A stretch of 63,435 nucleotides of DNA, counting the filler, from Actinomycetota bacterium (GTDB lineage Bacteria; Actinomycetota; Actinomycetes; JAKEEW01), in assembly GCA_046725875.1 (NCBI GenBank). It is 5 parts of 5 records of this genome, joined end to end, with 100 filler letters (N's around TTAATTAATTAA, not from the genome) between each part and the next. Parts side by side here need not be neighbours in the genome. Positions count along the whole stretch, not along the records: positions 55,613 to 63,435 come from JBKOZJ010000098.1; 4 more parts are not named here. The stretch is one strand, 5' to 3'. Positions 57,173 through 63,435 of this stretch are shown piece by piece. The translations under genes and the position numbers were made by a program. The notes beneath the pieces are model-generated. The model ran no database searches. It was given only the letters and a program-made list of their open reading frames with translations, and was not told where the DNA came from. How positions within the stretch are numbered: position 1 is the stretch's first letter; every line of letters starts with the position of its first letter.

Positions 57173-59962
57173 CTAGTCGAGGAGGGTACGGAGCACAAAC
57201 GGCATGATGCCGCGGTGGCGGTAATAGTCCGCCTCGCCCGGGGTGTCGATCCGGACCAGCGCTGCGAACTCCTTGTCCCCTGCGCGCACCGTCACCTCGG
57301 GCGGGGTAGCGCCGTCGTTCAACGCGCTAATCCCGGTGATCGTGATCTCCTCCTCGCCGGTCAGTCCAAGCGAGGACGCCGTCTGCCCGTCGCGATATTG
57401 CAGCGGCAGCACCCCCATCCCGATCAGGTTCGACCGGTGGATCCGCTCGTACGACTCGGCGATGACTGCACGGACACCGAGCAGCACAGTCCCCTTAGCA
57501 GCCCAGTCCCGGGACGAGCCGGAGCCGTACTCTTTGCCCGCGAGGATCACGAGCGGGATGCCCGCGGCGGCATAGGAGGTGGCGGCGTCGTAGATCGTCG
57601 CCTGCTCGCCGCCTCGAGTGAAGTCCTTTGTGAACCCGCCCTCGACGCCCGGCACGAGCTGGTTCCGGAGCCGGATGTTGGCGAAGGTCCCGCGGATCAT
57701 GACCTCGTGGTTGCCGCGGCGCGAGCCGTATGAGTTGAAATCCTTCCGGTCGACGCCGTGCTCGGTTAGGTAGCGGCCCGCCGGCGAGTCCGCCTTGATC
57801 GCCCCAGCGGGTGAGATGTGGTCGGTGGTTACGGAGTCGCCCACCATCGCGAGCACCCGCGCACCGGTGATGTCGGTGACCGGCTCCGGCGTGCGCCGCA
57901 TCCCGTCGAAGTATGGGGGTTTCCGCACATAGGTTGAGGCCGGGTCCCAAGCGAAGGTTTCCCCGGTCGGCGTGGGCAGCGACTGCCACCGCTCGTCGCC
58001 GGCGAACACGTCGGCGTAGTCGCGCGCGAACATCTCCGCCGCGATCGCCGAATCGATTACCTCCTCGACCTCCTGGTTGCCAGGCCAGATGTCGCGCAGG
58101 TAGACCGGCTGTCCGGCGGGGTCCCGGCCGAGCGCCGCGGAGTCGAGGTCGATGTCCATCGTGCCGGCCAGGGCGTAGGCGACCACGAGCGGCGGCGACG
58201 CCAGATAGTTCATCTTCACATCCGGATTGATCCGGCCCTCGAAGTTTCGGTTGCCGGACAGCACCGAGACGACGGCGAGGTCCTGCTCGTTCACCGCTGC
58301 CGAGACTTCATCGAGGAGCGGCCCCGAGTTGCCGATGCACGTCGTGCAGCCGTAGCCGACGAGGTTGAAGCCGAGCTTCTCTAGATACGGCGTGAGCCCG
58401 GCCCGCTCGTAGTAATCCATGACCACCTTCGAACCGGGCGCCAGCGTCGTCTTGACCCACGGCTTGCGTGCCAGCCCCCGCTCGACCGCCTTCTTCGCGA
58501 GCAGCGCAGCGCCGATCATCACCTGCGGGTTGGAGGTGTTGGTGCAACTCGTGATCGCGGCGATCACCACGGCGCCGTGATCGATCGTTGCGGGCGCGCC
58601 GTCGATGGTGATATCCACCCGCCGGCTCGGCCCCTCCGCTGCTCCGGCGGTCACCGGTTCGATCGGCGCGCCCAGACCGTTCTCGCCGTGGAAGGCCGGC
58701 GAGTCGCTCGCCGGGAAGGATTCGGCCGACGCCTCGTCCACGCCCGAGTCGATGCCGTTGCCGTGCCCGTGGTCGACGTAATCATGAAGGGCGGCGCGGA
58801 ACGACTGCTTGGCGGACCGCAGCGGCACTCGGTCCTGCGGACGCTTCGGCCCGGCGAGGCTGGGTTCGACCGCACCGAGGTCGAGTTCCAGCGTCTCCGA
58901 GTACGTCGGCTCCGCGTCCGGGTTGTGCCACAACCCCTGCTCTTTGGCGTACGCCTCGACAAGCTCGACCTGCTCAGCGGGTCGGCCGGTGAACTGCAGA
59001 TAGCGCAATGTCTCCGCGTCGATCGGGAAGATCGCACAGGTCGATCCGTACTCCGGCGACATGTTGCCGATGGTCGCGCGGTTGGCCACCGGCACGGCGG
59101 CGACGCCCGGCCCGTAGAACTCCACGAACTTGCCCACGACGCCGTGCTTGCGCAGCATCTCGGTGATGGTCAAGACCAGGTCGGTCGCCGTGGATCCCTC
59201 CGGCAGCTCGCCAGCGAGCTTGAAGCCCACCACCCGGGGCACGAGCATCGATACCGGCTGGCCGAGCATCGCGGCCTCGGCCTCGATCCCGCCGACGCCC
59301 CAGCCGAGCACGCCCAGTCCGTTGACCATGGTGGTGTGTGAGTCCGTGCCCACCAGGGTGTCCGGGTAAGCGAACCGCACACCCGCCACCTCCCGGTGGA
59401 AGACGACCCGGGCGAGATGCTCGATGTTGACCTGGTGGACGATCCCGGTGCCCGGCGGAACGACCTTGAACTCGTCGAAGGCGGTCTGTCCCCAGCGGAG
59501 AAATTGATACCGCTCCTTGTTCCGCTCGTACTCCAGCTCGACGTTGCGCACGAACGCGTCCGGGGCGCCGAACACATCGGCGATCACAGAGTGGTCGATG
59601 ACGAGCTCGGCGGGTGCCAGTGGGTTGATCTTGGCAACATCACCGGCGAGGTCCCGCACCGCCTCCCGCATCGTCGCCAGGTCGACCACCGCGGGCACGC
59701 CGGTGAAGTCCTGCATGAGAACCCGCGCCGGGGTGAACTGGATCTCTTTGCTCGGCTCGGCGATGGGGTCCCACGCCGCGAGTGCCCGGATGTCGTCAGC
59801 GGTGATGTTCGTGCCGTCCTCGGTCCGCAACAGGTTCTCGAGCAGGATCTTCAGGCTGTAAGGCAATCTGCCCGCACCCTCCACTGCGTCGAGGCGAAAG
59901 ATTGCGTACTCCTGACCGGCGGCGCGCAGCTCGCTGCCCGCCGCGAAGCTGTTCACTGACAC
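57173..59962 (-). CDS. acnA: Aconitate hydratase A
   Basis: [53 protein letters not shown]. Confidence 0.97.
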   Translation of the reverse strand: MSVNSFAAGSELRAAGQEYAIFRLDAVEGAGRLPYSLKILLENLLRTEDGTNITADDIRALAAWDPIAEPSKEIQFTPARVLMQDFTGVPAVVDLATMREAVRDLAGDVAKINPLAPAELVIDHSVIADVFGAPDAFVRNVELEYERNKERYQFLRWGQTAFDEFKVVPPGTGIVHQVNIEHLARVVFHREVAGVRFAYPDTLVGTDSHTTMVNGLGVLGWGVGGIEAEAAMLGQPVSMLVPRVVGFKLAGELPEGSTATDLVLTITEMLRKHGVVGKFVEFYGPGVAAVPVANRATIGNMSPEYGSTCAIFPIDAETLRYLQFTGRPAEQVELVEAYAKEQGLWHNPDAEPTYSETLELDLGAVEPSLAGPKRPQDRVPLRSAKQSFRAALHDYVDHGHGNGIDSGVDEASAESFPASDSPAFHGENGLGAPIEPVTAGAAEGPSRRVDITIDGAPATIDHGAVVIAAITSCTNTSNPQVMIGAALLAKKAVERGLARKPWVKTTLAPGSKVVMDYYERAGLTPYLEKLGFNLVGYGCTTCIGNSGPLLDEVSAAVNEQDLAVVSVLSGNRNFEGRINPDVKMNYLASPPLVVAYALAGTMDIDLDSAALGRDPAGQPVYLRDIWPGNQEVEEVIDSAIAAEMFARDYADVFAGDERWQSLPTPTGETFAWDPASTYVRKPPYFDGMRRTPEPVTDITGARVLAMVGDSVTTDHISPAGAIKADSPAGRYLTEHGVDRKDFNSYGSRRGNHEVMIRGTFANIRLRNQLVPGVEGGFTKDFTRGGEQATIYDAATSYAAAGIPLVILAGKEYGSGSSRDWAAKGTVLLGVRAVIAESYERIHRSNLIGMGVLPLQYRDGQTASSLGLTGEEEITITGISALNDGATPPEVTVRAGDKEFAALVRIDTPGEADYYRHRGIMPFVLRTLLD

Positions 59963-60005
59963 CTGGTGGCCTCCTCCGTGCGGACCGGCTCCCGGTCAGT
60001 CAATT

Positions 60006-60023
60006 TATCTTGACGTCAAGATA
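60006..60023. promoter_or_regulatory. 18-bp perfect palindrome upstream of acnA (probable MarR/TamR-type operator)
   Basis: TATCTTGAC-GTCAAGATA, 43 nt upstream of the acnA start. Confidence 0.7.
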
Positions 60024-60079
60024 TCAGATCACATCTTAGCCGCCCGACGGACGCTGCGTTGAGCAGTCCAAGATCCGCC

Positions 60080-60607
60080 TCAGGCCTGCGTAGGTCCGTC
60101 ACCGCTTGGATCGCGAGGCGGGGGCTGTCCCCACTGCGGCCGGGCGCGGGCCGGCGGCGCGAGTACCGGCGGCACAGCCGGCAGCGGAGCCACATCGAGT
60201 TGCGCACCGGCCGGTGGCGACGGTGACGAGTTGCCGCCGGCGGGCCGCGGCGGCTGGAAGTAGGAGCTGGGCAACGGCGGACGCGCCCGCTCAACCTGCG
60301 ACGGATCTGATCGGGTGGGCCGGTGCGGTGGGCGGGTGCCGAAGCGGCGGTCGAGAAAGTCGAGTAGGGCGCGTCCCTGCTCCGTGACAATCACGCCCTC
60401 GCCGGCGCATTCCGGGCACGTCACCTGCTCCGCTTCGGCCGGCGCCCGCTGGACATGGTCGGCAAGAGCGCGTAGGCGGTCCGCGAGATTGGCGATCTGG
60501 GCCAAGCGGTCGTACTCCTCCTGCCATCGTGCCCATTCCGGCACAACGGCCCTCCCGGTGCCGTCGCAGGAGGAACAGATCTCCTCCCACGGCTCGGCCA
60601 CGCCCAT
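60080..60607 (-). CDS. Zinc-binding protein with anti-TRAP / DnaJ-type split CxxCxGxG motifs and Pro-rich tail
   Basis: CSSCDGTG ... CPECAGEGVIVTEQGRALLDFL. Confidence 0.65.
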   Translation of the reverse strand: MGVAEPWEEICSSCDGTGRAVVPEWARWQEEYDRLAQIANLADRLRALADHVQRAPAEAEQVTCPECAGEGVIVTEQGRALLDFLDRRFGTRPPHRPTRSDPSQVERARPPLPSSYFQPPRPAGGNSSPSPPAGAQLDVAPLPAVPPVLAPPARARPQWGQPPPRDPSGDGPTQA

Positions 60608-60814
60608 CGCGACGCCCTCGCCCCACCTCGAATCGCTGCCTGCCCCGAGTTTGGAGCGCCCTCGCCGAGTACGCTCCAGCCGTCTTGGCGGGCTGAAGAC
60701 AAACCGGCATCTTCCCACGGTTGGCGGACCTAATGGTGTTGCTTTCACCGATCGGCGGTTGAATGCCGGGACCTGCGGCCGCCATCGCCGAGCGACTGGA
60801 CAGCGCGGAGGCCG

Positions 60815-61543
60815 CTAATCCGGTGCCGGGTCGAGGTCGGCATCGGCCGCATCCGCTCCCGACTCGGCCGCTTCGCGCAGGCGCTGGGCGAGCTCGGCCG
60901 CTGCGGCTGCCGGATCAGCCGCCTCTGTGATGGCCCGCACGACGACCACTCTTCGTGCCCCAGCATCCAATACCTCCTCCAGCGACTCGCGGTCGATTCC
61001 CCCGATGGCGAACCAGGGACGCGGCAAGACCCCGGCGGGTCCGGCCTCGTCGACCGCCCAACGATCCGCCCGCCGTGCTGTGTACCTCAGCAGGGCCAGT
61101 CCTGGTGCCGGGCGCCCTGGCTTGGTCGGGGTCGGCCAGACCGGCCCCGCACAGAAGTAGTCCACCCCAGATTGCACAAGGGCCAGGTCGACCTCGGATT
61201 CGCTGTGCGTCGACCGGCCGATCAGGATCTCGGGACCGAGCAGCTCCCGCGCCAGCGGGACCGGTAGGTCGTCCTGGCCGAGATGGAGTACGTCCGGGCG
61301 CGCGGCATAGGCGATGTCGGCCCGGTCATTCACTGCGAGAAGCGAGCCGTGCCTGGCGCATGCGTCCGCGAAGACCTCGAGCGTGGCCAGCTCGGCTCGT
61401 GCTTCCATGCCCTTTTGCCGCAGCTGGACGATGTCTACGCCGTTCTGAAGTACAGCATCGAGAAATGCCGGCAGGTCGCCCTGAGCTTCCCGAGCGTCCG
61501 TACACAGGTAGAGCCGGGCGCTCGCCAGCCGTGCTCGCGACAT
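60815..61543 (-). CDS. thiE: Thiamine-phosphate synthase
   Basis: [47 protein letters not shown]. Confidence 0.95.
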   Translation of the reverse strand: MSRARLASARLYLCTDAREAQGDLPAFLDAVLQNGVDIVQLRQKGMEARAELATLEVFADACARHGSLLAVNDRADIAYAARPDVLHLGQDDLPVPLARELLGPEILIGRSTHSESEVDLALVQSGVDYFCAGPVWPTPTKPGRPAPGLALLRYTARRADRWAVDEAGPAGVLPRPWFAIGGIDRESLEEVLDAGARRVVVVRAITEAADPAAAAAELAQRLREAAESGADAADADLDPAPD

Positions 61544-61589
61544 AACCATCCCGACCATCTCGACCTCGGCCGGCGGCCGGCGGCGGCCC

Positions 61590-61955
61590 TCAGAAGCCCA
61601 GCGCCTGGGCGCGCCGTTTGACTTCGGTACCGCGGTTCTCGCGCAGCGCGATAATCGGCGAGCCGGGCAACGAGTCGTCCTCGGTGAACAGCCAGCGCAG
61701 CGCCTCGCCGTCGGAGAACCCGCTATCGGTGAGGAGCGTGAGAGTCCCCGCCAAACCCTTCAGCACCTTGTCCCCCTCGATGAACGCCTCCGGAATGTGA
61801 AGCGCGTGTTCCTCGCCCCGGCGAACCGCGAGGAGGTGCCGATCCCGGACAAGTTGGCGTACTCGGGTGACCTCGACGCCCAGCCGGTCCGCTACGTCGG
61901 GCAGGGACAGCCAGGAGGGAACCAAGCTCTCCGTTCGTGTGTCGATCTCGGTCAC
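61590..61955 (-). CDS. Rv2175c-family DNA-binding protein
   Basis: WL.LPDVA..LG, V.Q, GL.G.LT.L.D.GF...[17 protein letters not shown]. Confidence 0.88.
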   Translation of the reverse strand: MTEIDTRTESLVPSWLSLPDVADRLGVEVTRVRQLVRDRHLLAVRRGEEHALHIPEAFIEGDKVLKGLAGTLTLLTDSGFSDGEALRWLFTEDDSLPGSPIIALRENRGTEVKRRAQALGF

Positions 61956-62007
61956 CCGCTCAGCCTGCCACGCCGAACCGACAGGGCATACGGTACGGTC
62001 CCCGGCC

Positions 62008-62568
62008 ATGGAGCCCAGGCGCGGCGACGATCCCGAACCAGAGCGCGAGACTTACAGCAACGAGCCGGTATTCGACCTCGGAGATGTGAGCGAGGACCAA
62101 GCTCCCGGGGGCAATGGCACCGCCGCAACCAGGGCCCTCCGGTCGCCGGCGCTGGAGCAGCTCTCGACCCTCTTCCCTCCGGGCGCGCTCTCGCTTGCCG
62201 GTGTGATCGTTGCAGTGCTGGCCGCGCTCGGTCCGCTGTTCGGGACGGCAGCGCTGCTGAACTACGGCTTCGTCGGGGAGCGGCCGAGCGGCGGCTGGGT
62301 GATCGGACCCGTCGCCGTCAGCGGCGCGATCGCGGTGGGTCTGGGCCTCGCTGCCTGGCGGCTAGCCCTGGCGAGTCAGACCGACGTCCCGCGGACTGCC
62401 GGGACCTCCGTTGTACTTGGTGCGCTGCTGCTGATCGCCGCGCTCGTCCTCTGGACCCGCCCGGAACCGGGACAGCAGGCGATCGCGGCGACCGCGACAG
62501 CAACGCCAGGCGCAATCTTCACGGCAGTGGCCGCGAACGGGCCCGAAGGCCAAAGCCAAGTCTGGTGA
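62008..62568 (+). CDS. Hypothetical membrane protein (about 3 TM helices, acidic N-terminus)
   Basis: Hydrophobic segments and GC-biased codon pattern; no family recognised. Confidence 0.6.
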   Translation: MEPRRGDDPEPERETYSNEPVFDLGDVSEDQAPGGNGTAATRALRSPALEQLSTLFPPGALSLAGVIVAVLAALGPLFGTAALLNYGFVGERPSGGWVIGPVAVSGAIAVGLGLAAWRLALASQTDVPRTAGTSVVLGALLLIAALVLWTRPEPGQQAIAATATATPGAIFTAVAANGPEGQSQVW

Positions 62569-62651
62569 CCGTGGTGCTGGCGATCGTGACCGAGGGCCTC
62601 CGGAAGCGGTGCGGCGACATACGGGCAGTGGACGGCATCGATCGGGGCTAG
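62565..62651 (+). pseudogene. N-terminal remnant of an ABC ATP-binding gene
   Basis: VLAIVTEGLRKRCGDIRAVDGID then stop; resembles the AI.TEGL.K.FG...AVDGIDL start of DrrA-type ATPases. Confidence 0.5.
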
Positions 62652-62754
62652 CAAGTCGATCGATCAGAGTGAGCTCAGGCAGATGGATGATGGACGGTCC
62701 ATCGACCTCGGCGCGCGAGAGTCGATCCGAATCGCCGCGGTAACCTGGTGGCGG

Positions 62755-62910
62755 ACACGGGAGCCCGGCGGTACCGGGCTGAGAGGGCGGTACGCCGCCG
62801 GTGGAATGCGCCTTCGGACGGAGGCACATTCGCCCCGCGGCCGGCCGCCGACCGTTAGGTCGCCGCTCGGGCGATCTGAACCTGATCCGGGTAATGCCGG
62901 CGAAGGGAGG
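62755..62910 (+). ncRNA. TPP riboswitch
   Basis: CGGGAGCCCGG..CCGGGCTGAGAG ... GACCG ... GAACCTGATCCGGGTAATGCCGGCGAAGGGAG directly before thiO. Confidence 0.92.
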
Positions 62911-62918
62911 CTTCTGGC

Positions 62919-63435
62919 GTGCCGGATGTGGTCGTGATCGGCGGCGGCTTGATCGGCATGGGCGTCGCGCGGCGCTGCGCGCAGCTCGGGCTGCGGGTGA
63001 TGGTAACGGACCCCTCGCCGGGCGGCGGCGCTTCGCGGGTCGCGGCCGGGATGCTGGCACCCGTCGCCGAACTGCACTATGGCGAGACTGCGTTGCTGCA
63101 CCTCAACCTCGAGTCGAACTCGATGTTCCCTGACTTTGTGGCGGAGCTGGAAGAGGTGACCGGTCTGCCGACCGGCTTCCATCGCAGCGGAACACTGCTG
63201 GTCGGATTCGACAACGACGACATGGCGGTGCTGGCGGATCTGCACGACTTTCAGAGTTCGCTCGGGCTCGCCGTGGACCGGCTTGACAGCCGCGCGACTC
63301 GCCGCCTGGAGCCGCTGCTCGCCCCGACCGTACGAGGCGGGATTCTGGTGCAGGGCGACAATCAGGCGGATCCGCGGCGGCTGCACACCGCCTTGTTGAC
63401 GGCCGCGGAGGCGGCTGGCGTGGAGATCCGCCGAG
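62919..63435 (+). CDS. thiO: Glycine oxidase; runs off the window
   Basis: Not in the ORF track. DVVVIGGGLIG, ASRVAAGMLAPVAE, GD.Q.DPR; follows the TPP riboswitch. Confidence 0.92.
   Translation, partial: MPDVVVIGGGLIGMGVARRCAQLGLRVMVTDPSPGGGASRVAAGMLAPVAELHYGETALLHLNLESNSMFPDFVAELEEVTGLPTGFHRSGTLLVGFDNDDMAVLADLHDFQSSLGLAVDRLDSRATRRLEPLLAPTVRGGILVQGDNQADPRRLHTALLTAAEAAGVEIRR

Noticed and set aside
58680..58790. [22 protein letters not shown] insertion in AcnA
   Set aside because: A usual feature of actinobacterial AcnA, not novel.

Overview
GC-rich actinobacterial DNA, most likely a draft or metagenome-assembled genome. It is five unrelated contigs joined by artificial 100-nt spacers (N44-TTAATTAATTAA-N44) at 29213-29312, 37729-37828, 45380-45479 and 55513-55612, so adjacency across these gaps means nothing. 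An SsgA-like gene, a bldK-like peptide ABC operon and an Rv2175c-like gene point to a filamentous or sporulating actinomycete. Contig 1 holds copC plus a CopD-CtaG fusion and a stress-type accessory block (hsp20, GT9, CapA, YbhB, a 50-aa zinc ribbon, a BON-methyltransferase fusion, LMF, a UbiE/UbiA-like pair). It continues with decayed remnants beside a Gly-Cys-Val tRNA cluster, hutH, pabB/pabC-like genes, CGNR, ssgB-like, and an FAD oxidase / AAA-LuxR / DUF4242 trio. Contig 2 holds an S9 peptidase and the oligopeptide ABC operon. Contig 3 holds a degenerate IS6 that truncates an ECF sigma pseudogene, an MFS transporter and small genes. Contig 4 holds the best candidate for a new system: a 95-aa peptide with a double-glycine-type leader and tandem D-A-D-G-x-D-x-x repeats, directly upstream of a JmjC/cupin 2OG-Fe(II) oxygenase (a RiPP-like pair, cut by the contig end). 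It also holds beta-PGM/GH65, DUF885, an HTH + Clp-N operon with twin operators, TetR and a Drr-type ABC exporter. Contig 5 holds dxs, acnA with an 18-bp palindrome, an anti-TRAP-like zinc protein, thiE, and a TPP riboswitch with an extra hairpin before thiO. All family calls come from reading motifs by eye; no database searches were run.
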